Below, piece after piece: positions 22,046 through 35,295 of a stretch of DNA of 64,000 nt. Both the position numbers and the translations under genes were made by a program. The notes beneath the pieces are model-generated. The model was not told where the DNA came from. It saw nothing but the letters and a program-made list of their open reading frames with translations, and made no database searches. Source of the stretch: Selaginella moellendorffii (lineage: Eukaryota; Plantae; Lycopodiophyta); assembly GCF_000143415.4 (NCBI RefSeq), contig NW_003314282.1, positions 1,383,374 through 1,447,373 of the forward strand. Direction: 5' to 3'. The first letter of the stretch is position 1. Every line of letters starts with the position of its first letter.

Positions 22046-24325
22046 ATGGATCCCGAATCTCAGCGGAGCTATGCGGAGCTCCCATCAGGGGAGGAGGCGG
22101 AGGAGATTCATTCAAATCCCACTGCGGCGACGGAGAATTCCAGGAACAGACGCATTGATCTAGTCCTGACGCTGGTGGGGATTTGCTGCGTCGTCGCTGG
22201 AACTTTTTTCTGGATCTCACTTCCTTCGAGCAACACCGAGAATTTCTCACGGATTGCTCCGGACGGGGGTTTCTTGGCCAGCGAGAGAACGGCATTCCAT
22301 TTCCAACCGCGGAACAACTGGATGAACGGTAAGCTTTTGCAAAAGATTTCCATGAAACCTCTCTGATTTATCATCTTTTGCTGGACAATTTTCCCTGATC
22401 TATCTTCCTCTGCTGGACATTCTTCCCTCACCAGATCCAAATGGTAAGATCTCAAGATCTTTCTCAAAAACTCTACTGACATCAATGAATTCTATGACTA
22501 TACCAGGTCCTCTCTTCTACAAAGGCTACTACCACTTGTTCTACCAGTACAATCCATATGGAGTAGAGTGGGGAAACATCTCCTGGGGCCATGCTGTGTC
22601 CACTGATCTCCTCCACTGGCAACATATGGATCTGGCAATGCAGCCAGACAAGTGGTATGATGCAGATGGAGTGTGGTCTGGCTCTGCAACAATCCTCCCC
22701 AATGGTCAAGTGATCATGCTCTACACTGGCTCCACAAATGCCTCTGTTCAGGTCCAAAATCTCGCTCTTCCACTCAACACCTCAGATCCACTCCTGAGGG
22801 AGTGGATCAAAATCCCAGAGAATCCCATTCTGGTGCCACCACCAGGGATTGCTCCTAAAGACTTCAGGGATCCAACAACAGCATGGCTGGAGGCTGATGG
22901 GCTGTGGAGAATTGCAATTGGTGCCAAAAAGGGCAGGGCTGGACTGGCTCTCATCTACAAAACCTTTGATTTCCTGCACTGGGAGCTGGAGGAGGAGTAT
23001 CTACACACTGTTCAAGGCACAGGGATGTGGGAGTGCATTGATTTCTATCCAGTCTCAACTGCCACCAGCAATGGGTTGGATACATCCAAAGTTCAGACCA
23101 ATGAGCTCACTAAGCACATTCTCAAGGCCAGCCTGGATGATGACAAGCATGACTACTATGCAATTGGGCTGTATTCTGAGAGCTCTCATACTTGGATCCC
23201 TGATGCCCTTGACAATGATGTTGGGCTGGGGCTGAGGTATGATTATGGCAAGTATTATGCCTCCAAGACTTTTTTTGATTCCAAGCACCAGAGGAGGATC
23301 TTGTGGGGATGGGCTAATGAATCGGACAGTCTGCAAGATGATATCAGGAAGGGGTGGTCTTCGGTGCAGGTAAAATGTCATTTTATTGTTTTTTTTTCCA
23401 CTTGGGCTCACATACTTGTCTTTGCATGAAAAGACACTGCCCAGGATCTTGTATCTTGACAACTTGACTGGTACCAACTTGATCCAATGGCCAATTGAGG
23501 AGGTAGATGCCCTCAGGCATGACAAAGTGAGCAGATCAAATGTGCTTCTCAAAGGTGGTGACGTGGTAGAAGTTGATGCAGCTCAAGGGGCACAGGTATA
23601 GATGCCTTTTTTCTTCACTTCTCTCTCACCACCTTTTTTGTTCACTTGTGCAGCTTGACATTGAGGTGGGATTTGAGTATCCAGATGCAAGCAAGCTGGA
23701 CGCACTTCCAGAGAGCGAGAATTACGATTGCAGCCAAGGTGGGGCAACTCACAGAGGTGTTTATGGCCCTTTTGGCCTCCTTGTTCTTGCTGAAGACAAG
23801 TTGCAAGAGATGACAGCAGTCTACTTCTACATGACACTAAAACGAGATGGAAGTTGGGAAACAAGAGTTTGCAGCGACCAAAGCAGGCAAGCTTCTTCTT
23901 GCTAAAGTTTTCGATCCACGTCTCTGATCCCCATGTTTCCAGATCATCTCTAGAACCCGGAATTGACACAACCGTGTACGGAACGCTCTTCCACAGGCTC
24001 CCAACGGAGGATTCGCTCTCGTTGCGTGTCATAGTAAGCATTGGATCGTGCGCGGAGCTTGCTCTAATCCTTTCTTGGGTGTTGCGCGATGCAACTTGTG
24101 TAGGTGGATCACTCCATCGTGGAGACTTTCGTGCAAGGGGGACGCGCTTGTATCACGTCTCGCGTCTATCCAACGCTTGCTACTGGTGACAAGGCTCGCC
24201 TCTTCATGTTTAACAATGGAACGCAACCGGTTGTCGTGAAGAACTTGGATGCGTGGAAGATGAGATCGACCACGCTGAGTGTCTTGCCCGTCACTGAATG
24301 GAGGCTCGCTGCTCGACAAAGTTGA
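22046..24325 (+). CDS. Acid beta-fructofuranosidase (vacuolar-type invertase, GH32), multi-exon with a 9-nt micro-exon at 22435-22443
   Basis: N-terminal transmembrane anchor; [11 protein letters not shown]|DPN|GP; FRDP; WECIDF; YASKTFFD; SRVYP. Confidence 0.95.
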
Positions 24326-24399
24326 ATCATTCTTTCAAGTTTATAAGTGGTAGAAATTCTCGAGAAGTATATATGTACCTTGGATAGAGAGGGAGGGTC

Positions 24400-25506
24400 T
24401 CACTTGGCAACGGGAATGGCAACTTTTCGCTCTTTCTCCCACGCAACCTGGCCCATCATCGTCAGCAAAGAGCGAGCGTCCCGTTCGTCCAGAGCCTCCC
24501 GCTCGAAAGGTATTCTTATTTCCATGATACGTGGTGGAGATCTTGTTAGAACTCTCATGTCGAAACCGAGTCGATCCACCCAAGTGAGGCTCGCTTGTTC
24601 GACCTGAATTCATACAAATAATCAATATACGGAAAGCTTTCAGCGTTTGAGATTTTACCTCTGCTTCCAGATGAGCATACACTCTACAAAATCGGAGAAT
24701 GTCTTCCCAGTTTTTCTTGTTCATGTCTTCCACGATCCTTGGGGCATAATCCTTCAAAGGGTCGGAAGTAGCACCGGTGTAGTCTACTCCAGAGACCCAA
24801 ACTTCTTCCTTGTTTAACGAAGATAAACCAGTCAGCTCATTCCAAAACTAGCAAGAAAGGGTGTTGGATACCTCGCTTAAATCCTGACATTGGAAAACTT
24901 CCTCCACGTTCATCGTGAACAAATCGTGCTCTTCGGGACAGTCCTCCCCAAATCTACGCTCCCAAACTGTATCGAGCTACATCTTGATGAAATAAGAAAC
25001 AGAAGAAAAACACCGAGAAAACCAACCAACCTTTGATTTTTCTGCTCTCGAGATACGTCCTTTCAACGTGCATTGCGCTCGTCGACCATTTTGATCGAGC
25101 TGCCAAACAAGTGTCAGTCACAACCATCGAATTCTCGGCGCAAATTCTCATCACTCACCTGTGCATGGAGGCTACTCCTGCTATCATCACCCAAATTCTT
25201 CGCATGAAGAGTCGGTGGACGTAAGCAAAACACCGGGGATCCATTCACATCCAATGCAAATTGGACTGTGCTTCCAATCGGCCAGCCGTCGCTCGACAAT
25301 GTGGAGAGCGTCCCCTCGGAGCAAACCTCCATGAGCGTGCGAGCGGACTCCGCCGGCGATGGCCTCAGCTGCGCCGCGACGATCAAAGCCCTAATCCTTC
25401 TCTTTGGCGAGAATCCAACGCGCAGAGGCGAGAATTTAGCGCTGCTGGTCGTGGATCCCGCGAATGCTGCCCAGCTCGATGGCGCCAAGCTAGCGCCATT
25501 CGCCAT
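24400..25506 (-). CDS. GluTRBP: Glutamyl-tRNA reductase-binding protein (PGR7-like), multi-exon
   Basis: RPSPAESARTLMEVCSEGTLSTLSSDGWP; MNKKNWEDILRFC; WVDRLGFDMRV...EIRIPFERE..DERDARS..TMMGQVAWE. Confidence 0.85.
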
Positions 25507-25650
25507 TGCTGGACTGGAGCCCTAGAAATAGGTAAATGGAGAAGGCATGAGCTCACACTCTTTCAACCTCCTCGAGGTAGGGTTTCTTTTTTCTTCTTTT
25601 CTTTTGGAGGGGAGGATGCGGTCTCTTTGTGAGAGTGGCTGGGATCGGCA

Positions 25651-27247
25651 ATGCGGGCGCTCGTGGTGCTCGCGTTCTTTCTGGGAATGGCGAGCGCACA
25701 AATCGTCCCGGCGCTCTTCGCATTTGGCGACTCGCTCGTCGATTCCGGCAACAACAACATGCTGCCGACGATCGCGAGGGCAAATCATCCTCCCTATGGC
25801 TACAATTTCGACAATCACGCCGCAACTGGGCGATTTTGCGATGGAAAGCTCATCCCCGACTTCCTAGGTTCGTAAGAAATCTTCGTTTTCATGGATTTCT
25901 CTTCCTCTCCTCACTTTCATGAATTTCTCTAACGTGTGTAGATTTTTTTTTCACAGCTTCGCTCTTGGGACTTCCATTTCCACCTCCATATCTCAGCGCT
26001 GGTGACAACATCACTCAAGGTGTGAGCTTCGGATCCGCCAGCTCGGGGATTGGTCGATGGACGGGGCAAGTAAGTGAGTTCTATGATCAGCATTGTCGTA
26101 TTTCTTGGATGTCTATCCTCAAACTCAGCTTTCGCGAATTCGTTTTGCAGGGCTTTGTTCTATCGTTTGCAAACCAAGTGGATGGTTTTCGAGAAGTCCA
26201 GTCTAGATTGGTACGCAGGCTTGGACCAATGCGTGCCATGAGTCTCATCTCTCGCTCCATTTTCTACATTTGCACTGCCAACAACGATGTCAACAATTTC
26301 GTTCTTCGTTTCCGGACGGAGCTTCCTATAGACCTTCGTGACGGATTGCTGGTGGAATTTGCTCTCCAGCTCGAGGTACTTTTGATGATCCTCCGCGAGC
26401 TTCTAGTGATTTCTACCGTGTTTCTAGAGGCTGTACCGGTTGGGAGCTCGGAAGTTCGTGGTTGTGAACTTGAGTGCTGTGGGATGTATACCAATGAACC
26501 AACGTTTCGGACGTTGCGGTTCAGCTGGCATGAACGCGGCCTTGTCTTTCAACCTCGGCCTCGCGTCGGTCCTTGACAGCTTGAGAATTTCCATGAGAGG
26601 AGCTCGCATTGTCACAGCCAACATGGAAGGTCTGATGCTCCAAGTCAAGTCCAATCCTCGCGCTTACGGTACGTCATTCATCCACTTAAAAATTGTGTGA
26701 TCGCACTGTTTTCTTCTCGTTTCGATGGCTTCACTCTTTGCGTGTGAGTTATTGTTTTTCTTTTCTTTCTGCGATCTGATTCAATGATTCAGTGCTTTTG
26801 TTTTAGTTCCAGTGTTTGCTTGCTCATTGATTGGATTACAGGAACTTAGGACAGCTTCAGTGGTGTGATTCAAACTTAGCATTTTCTTCCAGAATTTACC
26901 AACAAAGAGCTCAGTGATTCAGTGCTTTTGTTTGAGTGCTAGTGTTTGCTTGCTCATTGGCTTTTTTGGATTGCAATGCAGTAACTTAGCACAGCTCCAG
27001 TGGTGTGACTCAAACTTGGTTCTTTCTTCCAGGATTTAGCAACACTGTACAAGGATGCTGCCCGCTCAACCAGCCGTGGAGATGGTGCTTCGACGGTGGC
27101 GAATTTTGCGAGAAGCCATCCAACTTTATGTTCTGGGACATGGTCCATCCCTCGCAGGCCTTCAATAGCATCGCAGCACACCGATGGTGGAACGGTACGC
27201 TAGAGGATGTTTATCCCGTGAACATTCGTACGCTGGCCTCTATATGA
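25651..27247 (+). CDS. GDSL esterase/lipase, secreted, multi-exon
   Basis: Signal peptide; [14 protein letters not shown]; ATGRFCDG; [10 protein letters not shown]; FWDMVHPSQ. Confidence 0.92.
26786..27045 (+). repeat. Direct duplication (~120 bp x2) spanning the last GDSL splice acceptor
   Basis: gattcagtgcttttgttt...gtgtttgcttgctcattg...cagtggtgtga.tcaaactt...ttcttccag occurs at ~26786-26905 and ~26915-27045. Confidence 0.85.
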
Positions 27248-27531
27248 TCATGTACAACCAGCTCATTGTTTTGTTTTGATTTTTCTATGATCAGCAAGAA
27301 CGGTACGGTATAAGAAGTTTACCCGTACGCGAATCAAACAATGCTATTGTCGCTTTAGAGCAAAAAACAATTGTCACGAAGAACACGTCCATCCATCACA
27401 GTGCGACACGTGGCACCCAATGCTGGCTCATTTCTCTTGAAGCGCAATATCTCTCATTACCTTCGATCTTTCTGGAATTTAGGGATTGATTTGGGAGGGA
27501 TGGAGGCGCGGGAAGAGTGAAGGCGCCGGCG

Positions 27532-30500
27532 ATGGCGCTGCATTCTCTGTCCGGCGCAATGCCGATGGCGCTCAGGCCGATCTCCGACACGAGAGTTTGC
27601 ATCGCGGCGCAGTCGAGGTTTGTGTGGAATCCGGCGCTGCGAGGTAGGGTTTCCAGCCAGAAGAGCGGCCTCGTCGTTGCGCTTTGGCACCGTCAGGGAA
27701 TGTGGAGGAATCAGCTCCGATCCTGCCAGTTACAATGTGCTACCAGGTATTTCTTCGGATTTTCTCAGAGCAGGGAGAGAATGAGCTCACATTCTCTGGT
27801 TTTTGTTCTCCAGGAAAGGGAAGATGATTGTCCGGTGTCACGGTGGCAAGGTGAAATTCAGGCTTAGATTGGATCATCAAGTCGAGTTTGGGGAGCATCA
27901 CGCTGTCATAGGCTCGGCCGATTTCATGGGGTCTTGGAAAAATCACGTGAGCATGACATGGACGGAGTCCGGTTGGGTGGCGGACATTGAGGCGAGTCCG
28001 GGCGATCGAGCTGAGTTTAAGTACGTCATTGTGGCCGGAGATGGAAGACTTACGTGGGAGGAAGGTCCCAACCGTGTGCTAGACGTTCCCAGCGGAGGGA
28101 GCGAAATAGTGTCTCAGTGGGAGAATCCTGATTTGGTGGTGACGACTAACGGTGCTGCTGCGGAAGCTCATGTCGAGGCGCCCGTGCATGAAAAGAAAGA
28201 TAAAAAGGAGAAGGCCAAGGAAACCGTGACTGCTTCAAGCGATGGTGATATGTCTTTTTCGCAAGGATGGCAAGGCAAAAACGTTGCCTTCATGAAAGCT
28301 AACGAGCACACGAGCAGGCAAGGAGGGAAATGGGAAACCGCAGGTCTAGAGGGTGCGGCGCTGCGCATCGTGGAAGGAGATAAAAAGTCTGGTAATTGGT
28401 GGCGAAAGGTACTCTTCTAAATGCAACAGATGCTCAGCTAATTCCGTGTTTTTTTCTTTCTGTGCGGTGCAGTTGGAAGTTGTCCGGGATCTTCTAACAG
28501 ATGATCTAGGCAAGGCTGATCGACTGGACGCTCTTGTTTATTCTTCTACTTATCTTAAGGTAGACTGGATTCTAGATAGAGAATATGGATGACCTTCTAA
28601 GTTTCTTTGTGTTTCTGCAGTGGATAAGTACAGGTCAAATACAATGTTTTGAAGATGGTGGTCATTATCGACCCAACAAACATGCCGAAATCTCGCGGAT
28701 GATATTTCGGGAGCTTGAAAGCATTTATTCGGACAAGACAACAACAACAACAGAGGTTTTATTTTACATAAGCTACTTTTCTTGGTTAACGTTCTGGTTT
28801 TTAGGAACGTGTTGTGATCAGAAAGATCCATCCTTGCTTGCCATCATTTAAGGCTGAGTTCACAGCGGCTGTTCCTTTGACACGTATAAGGGATATTGCT
28901 CACAGAAATGATATCCCTCACGATCTAAAGGTATTTGTGAACATTCGACTTCGTTTTGGCTAATGACGTGGTGTATTTGTAAAAGTAGCAAGAGATAAAG
29001 CATACAATCCAGAACAAACTGCACAGAAATGCTGGTCCAGAAGATTTGGTTGCGACAGAAGCATTATTAGCTCGTGTGACCAAAACACCGGGAGAGTACA
29101 GTGCGGCGTTTGTTGAGCAACTCAAGATCTTTCACGGTGAGCTCAAGGACTTCTTCAATGCTAGCAGGTACTAGTCGTTGCTTTAGTTATGCACATTTCA
29201 GGTGTTAACATAGTGCCTTTTTAGTTTGACTGAGCGTTTGGATGGGCTGCGTCCATCACTAGATGAGCAACAAATTTCCGTGATGGATAATTTCATGGAA
29301 AAGAAGAAGGTGCAAAGTTCATTCTCTGTTTTATTTTTTATATAAATTTTAATATCTCACGTACTCTTGCAGAAACTGGACGAAGTGGGGGATGGTGGGA
29401 ATTCGGACATGCTAGTCGGTGCCATGCATGCTTTGACGGGACTTCGGGCTGTTCTTTTGAAGGGCCTCGAAAGTGGACTAAGAAATGATGCGTCCGACGA
29501 TGCTATTGCCATGCGGCAAAAGGTAAAGGCTGCAGATGAGTATTTGCGTATCAGACAGCTTCTTGTTTTGTAGTGGCGTCTTTCCGAGATTGGCCTTGAG
29601 GACTACTTTTTCGTCCTGTTGAGCAGGTGAAAACAATGGTTTCATAAGATTTAGTGTACTGATGAACATTGCAAATCTCTCAGATTTCTCAATGCCATGG
29701 ATAGCTCTGGTGGAGCAAAATCTTTGAGCGAAGAAATCCAATCTAAAAGTACTAGCAAATGGAAGCAACCGCTGGGTGGAGTTGTGCTGGGCATTCGACA
29801 GCTAGGCTTGTCTGGATGGCAGCAAGCTGAATGTCTTGCTATAGAGAATGAACTCATGACTTGGGAAAAGGATGGCATTTGCGGTAAAGGTATGTCAATA
29901 ATTCTATTTGTGTTTTCTAATCTGAGCGGGTCTTTAGGGAGTGAGGAGGATATCAGGATGTGGGGTTTAAGATTAAAAGCCACATTAGATCGAACGCATC
30001 GGATGGCCGAAACATATTCAGACTTGCTCCTTAAACTGTATCCAAAGCGTGCACAGGTAAAAGACAGATGCTTGCTTTTAGATGAAGTCGTATACAATCT
30101 TACAGAACCTTGGAAATGCGTTGGGGATCCCCGAGAATTCGGTTCGGACGTACGCCGAAGCAGAAATCAGGGCCAGGTAGAAAACTCGTTTTTAGTATGA
30201 GGCGTTTTATTCTAGTTTTCCCCTTCAGTGTTGTTTTCCAGCTTTCGAAGCTATGTACGCTGCTCCTGAAGGCTATTCGTTTTGTTTTACATACCGAGGG
30301 TTGGGATGTTCTTATGCCCGGCATTGCGTGTGGAAAGCTTTTTGAGGTAAGACATCTCTGGCTTTTTAAACGCGCATTATTTTGACTTGTGAATTGTTGC
30401 AGGTCCAGAAAATTGTTCCTGGATCACTGCCTTCGTCAGCTGAGGGACCAGTTATACTTCTGGTGAAACAAGCTGACGGCGATGAGGAGGTAATACTAGT

Positions 30501-32151
30501 TTTGTCTCGAGTAAATGTTTTATGAGATGCGATAGTACAGGTTCGCGCTGCTGGGCCCAACGTTGCCGGAGTAATACTTCAACAGGAGCTCCCTCATTTG
30601 TCTCATCTCGGTGTGCGAGCTCGTCAGGTATGCTGCAGAATATGGTCCAGACAGAGTCCTTACTCGGTGGTTCTGCAGGAGAAAGTTGTGTTTGTGACGT
30701 GTGATGACGACGATAAAATCAAGGAAATGCGGTCGTTGCTTGGTAAAAGTATCAAGTATGTTTATTGTTGTCACTTCTGCTACGTTCTAACGTCAGCTTT
30801 GCAGGCTGGAGTCTTCTTCTGTAGGTGTTCGTGTGTCGACTCAAGGAGCGGAGCAGGGAGCAAGCTCCACGGCCAGAGAAACAGAAAAGGGTGCCCATGA
30901 TGAAGCCTCTGTTTCTGAAAGCAAGGTATAGTCTTCCGTTCTGTGTTACCACTGCTTGTTTCCCTGTCAATGGTGTAGTTGTACATGTTTTGTTGAGAGC
31001 GCTATGTGCCATGGTTGACAGTCTTGGATCAGAAGATTATGCTACAACCTGCTGATGTTGGGAAGGGAAAACATACGTTTGTAGGTGGTCAAAAGCTCGT
31101 CAGGAGTTATCCTTGATCTCAAGGATGCAGATTTGGCGACAGCAGGTGCAAAATCGAGCGCTTGCGGGAAACTAGCTACGCTGGCCGAGCTCTCTGCTGA
31201 AGGTAAGTATTTCAATTTTTGTGTGCAAGTTTTTAGTTTTTTGCCTTTGCAGAACAAAACAATGGCGTTTCATGCAAGTTTTTGGTACCACCGGGGCTAG
31301 TAATTCCTTTCGGATCAATGGAGGGGGCATTAGAAAGCAGTGGGAGTATGGATACGTTTCACGACCTGCTAGAGCAAACGGAAACAGCTCAGGTTGAGGA
31401 GGGTGAGCTCGATGGGATTTGCAACCAGCTACGCGAACTGGTATCGTCACAGAGATTGCCAAAGTCTGCGATGAGCAAAATTGCGGAAGGCTTCTCATCC
31501 GACGCACGACTTATCGTCAGGTCCAGCGCCAACGTAGAAGATCTAGCCGGCATGTCAGGGGCCGGGCTTTACGACTCCATCCCCAACGTGAAGCTATCAG
31601 AGCCCGAAAACTTTTGCAAGGCAGTAGCAGGGGTGTGGGCTTCTCTATACACAAGAAGAGCGGTTCTTAGCAGGCGGGTTGCAAAGGTACCACAGAAGGC
31701 AGCATCAATGGCGGTTCTAGTGCAGGAACTTCTGGCTCCGGATCTAAGTTTTGTCCTGCATACGGTGGATCCGATCGATCGAAACGCTCAGATAGTCCAG
31801 GGGGAACTAGCGGCGGGCTTGGGAGAGACTCTGGCCTCTGGAACCAGAGGAACGCCGTGGAGGCTGTCGGCGAACAAGGTGGATGGCAGTGTCAAGCTGG
31901 TGGCATTTGCAAACTTTAGCGAGGAGTTCGTGGCGGGGAGAGATGGAGTCGCGGATGGCAAGGTTTCGAAGAGAGTGGTGGATTACAGCACCAAGAAGCT
32001 GTCGGTGGACTTGGAGTACTCGGTGACGCTGGGACAGCGGCTTGCTGCTATAGGGACGTTTTTGGAGAAGAGTTTTGGATGCCCGCAAGATATAGAAGGG
32101 TGTGCGGTAGGGGAGGAGATTTACATTGTCCAAGCCAGACCGCAGCCATAA
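27532..32151 (+). CDS. PWD: Phosphoglucan, water dikinase (GWD3), multi-exon
   Basis: Transit peptide, N-terminal CBM20 (HQVEFGEH...GSW), [15 protein letters not shown], phosphohistidine [33 protein letters not shown]-terminal IVQARPQP*. Confidence 0.95.
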
Positions 32152-32797
32152 TAGAAGGTTTTGGGAACTTTATGTATGTGGGGGGCAGCGATTAGTTCCT
32201 TCTATGCAATCTATTCGTGGAGATTGTTCTAGGACCTGTGAGCAAGTTCAGTGGCACGAAGAAGATCGATTGCGAGGTTGCACTATACCTGCTGGAGCTG
32301 GTGTTTCAAAAGCTTGCCAAATGTTTGAATATTACAGCCCAGTCATGTGGCACCTCGAGCAGGGGTGGCGTGCCACGAACTTTTCGCAACGAGTGCGAGT
32401 CTGAATGCCCACCAGACAATGAACGTGAGATGTTGCAAGAAGAACATTGACAGGCACTGGATTTTTCCCAGTGCAGTATTTGAGACCAAGGCTCCCCAAA
32501 TCTGGGACAAGCATTTGTATGGTGATAAGAGTTCTCAGTTGGAAGCTGGATGACGTTATGGCTCATGTCCAGAAGAGGAGCTGGCTAAGGAGTTTAGGAT
32601 CTCAAATCTATGACGACTTTGTTTCCAGCCTGCTTAAAACAGCTCCGTTTAGTGGAGTGAGAAAGTCCACTCTGCAGCCAAAGCGAGAACACTACAGCAC
32701 ACAAGGATACGCAATGTAGGCAGTTGTGGAAAGCTTTTTGCTATTTAGCCACATTATTTCTTTAACTATTAATTTATTCACTATTTATATATATATG

Positions 32798-33664
32798 CTA
32801 CTTTCTACATATTGTTTTTGTTGACCACAATTTTATATTTGGTGATACTGAAGAATATAATACTAAATCACAATCATCTTGCACGCTAAGATAAGTTGGT
32901 GAAATACAAATTGGTTGTGGGTTACAATATATATTTATAGACCATTCAACTTTATTAATATGTGAATACAACACTAAATTGCCATCATTTTGTAATGTCA
33001 AATAGCATGGAGTAATAATAGTTTTTATAGTTAAAGTTTGCCATAGCTTATTTCTCCCTACATATAAAACTAAGTTACAGTTTAAATGTAAAAATAAAAT
33101 GACATTAGAATTTGGGGATGTTAAATATTCATTTGTATATAAATTATGATGAGGCTTCTGCTTAAAACCACTATAAAGAGTGCTTCTAAATATATCACAA
33201 TCCTCAAATGTTTCTAAATTTTGGGTGTTGGTAATTTCTGGTTCATAAGAACCATCACGACTATAATAAATTTGATACTTTTTTGTAGTTATTATTGCAT
33301 AGCTTGCAGCTGCCTTTAAAATTTTAAAAGAGTTGTAAGCCAATAAATTTCTTAAGCTATCATAAATAGTATGCCCTTTTACCATCTTATTTGTGCTTCC
33401 ACTTGATGCACAATTTGGAGATTTTCCAGCAAACCGTGATAATTTTATGACAACTATTCCTATAGATAAAGGTAATGTAATAGCATTTGACCAAGCTTCT
33501 GGATATACTCCATCTTGAGTAATACTTGAAATTATAGAATCAATAGCATTTAAAATAATTTGCATATCAGATGGACTTGTGCTTCCTTCATATCCAAATT
33601 CAAATTTTGTACATTCTATACTAAAACTAATTCCTAATAAAATTGAAATATAAATAAAAGACAT
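32798..33664 (-). CDS. Secreted protein: unknown N-terminal domain plus C-terminal bulb-type (GNA) mannose-binding lectin domain; intronless, very AT-rich
   Basis: Signal-like MSFIYISILLGISFS; CNLVLY, CYLTLQNDGNLVLY, QDDCDLVLY..LWST (QxDxNxVxY-type lectin motifs). Confidence 0.72.
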   Translation of the reverse strand: MSFIYISILLGISFSIECTKFEFGYEGSTSPSDMQIILNAIDSIISSITQDGVYPEAWSNAITLPLSIGIVVIKLSRFAGKSPNCASSGSTNKMVKGHTIYDSLRNLLAYNSFKILKAAASYAIITTKKYQIYYSRDGSYEPEITNTQNLETFEDCDIFRSTLYSGFKQKPHHNLYTNEYLTSPNSNVILFLHLNCNLVLYVGRNKLWQTLTIKTIITPCYLTLQNDGNLVLYSHINKVEWSINIYCNPQPICISPTYLSVQDDCDLVLYSSVSPNIKLWSTKTICRK

Positions 33665-33711
33665 AAGAAAAATATTTCCCTTTATACTTAATATTATATT
33701 TAAGGTGTACA

Positions 33712-33891
33712 CTATAATTAGTATTTTTATTCAATAGCTGTAGAAAATAACTATAAGTGAGTGTTACATAGCACTATCATTATAAATTTAATTTAATATT
33801 GGAAGATTAAATGTTAGAAAATGGTAATAAGAAGAAACAAAACATTTAAATTATTAATTAATAATTTTATTGTTATCTACAATATCTAAAA

Positions 33892-33935
<44 letters not shown>

Positions 33936-34730
33936 CACACACACACTTACTAACAAACAATTATCACAAAGCTAATTTGTATTTTAGCAACTGAATATTT
34001 TTACTTTAACTAGAAAATTAAAGCAATTGAAGAAGCCTCGCGAGGGCTCTGTGAGGCCTTGAGCATTAATCATGCCTGCATGCAGCCCCAAAGAACCAAG
34101 GCGTGGGCAGGACCGTCACTATAGTCCCAGATGCCACGTAAGGGAATCATTCGCACGCCAAGAAAACAATACCAAAACTCTATTGTGACTCAGCCTTGCA
34201 GCTTAGTGATGATTTTCATGACAATTCTAACTTTTCGTGATGTATTAAATTGTCCATTTTCAAGTAAGACCAAGAGCTGTTGGGCTGGTGACACAAAATA
34301 TGAAGTTTTTTCTTTGGTGAGTCAATGCCAAAAGAGCGGTCAAGGGATGCCTTGTTATACATGGCCCAGTAGCGACGAGTTCAATTGTTGCCCACTTTGT
34401 GAGTAGCACAAGCTCTCGCTATTGGATTAGTTTGGGCCTCAACATTAAAACTATTATAATATTTAGTCTTAACCATAAGAATTAGATAAAATATAATGTT
34501 GTCACCTTATCAGTTTTTCAGGTTAGAGTCTTTTTAGAAGGGAAGAGTTTACCTTGCTGTCAGAAACATATCCTTCATCAGGGCAGCTCTTTGTGGTGCA
34601 GTAATCTATAATTAATAATTTTATTCAATAGTTGTAGAAAATAAATACAACTTAGAAGTGAATATTATAGAACTTTCCTTATAAATGTAATTTAATATCA
34701 GAAAATGAAATGCTAGAAAATGGTAATAAG
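33712..34730. repeat. Diverged direct repeat (~120 bp) at 33712-33831 and 34606-34730 in the AT-rich island
   Basis: ctataatta...ttttattcaatag.tgtagaaaataa...tttaatat...tagaaaatggtaataag is present twice. Confidence 0.78.
33896..33946. repeat. Compound (TA)n(CA)n microsatellite
   Basis: Directly visible in the sequence. Confidence 0.95.
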
Positions 34731-35295
34731 GCTACTTACCACTTTTAAGCCTATAAATAACTTTACATATAAGATTTTCTAATGATGCAAAAGGATTAAC
34801 AATCAAGTATTTGTGTTTGGGATCCTGGATCTGAGACTTGTAAAAGGGATGACAACATAGATGTTTAACAATGATCTTTTGGAAGTGTGATAAAACTTAT
34901 ATTTTGAGTTAGGATTTGGATTTTCCATTGTGATTTAGAGTGTAGAGAGGTCTTGAGGTTTGCAACATCCCATACAAGCACCTTGAGTTGAGTCATTGTG
35001 GTGTGAGAGGGTGTTAATGTGGGGAATGGGCTACAGCACATTCTAGCACTTCAATGCCCTCACCATAGGATTTCTGATAGTTCTTGTAGCTAGTTGGGGA
35101 AATCTGTCAGTGATGTTTCTTTCTTGGTTGGGACTCTACATGATTAATATTTGAGGTCTGATGCCTGGTGACACTTATACAAAATCTGGGCCGAGCTGTC
35201 AGTTTGGTGACATGTGTTGATCATTCCCCACTGGATTATAATTAATCTTAAGGACTTTTAATTAAGGTTGTTTGTGACAAAATCAGTCCGTACAT

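Noticed and set aside
32200-32720. Short overlapping + strand ORFs after PWD
   Set aside because: They may be a decayed gene fragment, but there is no continuous frame and no recognisable family.
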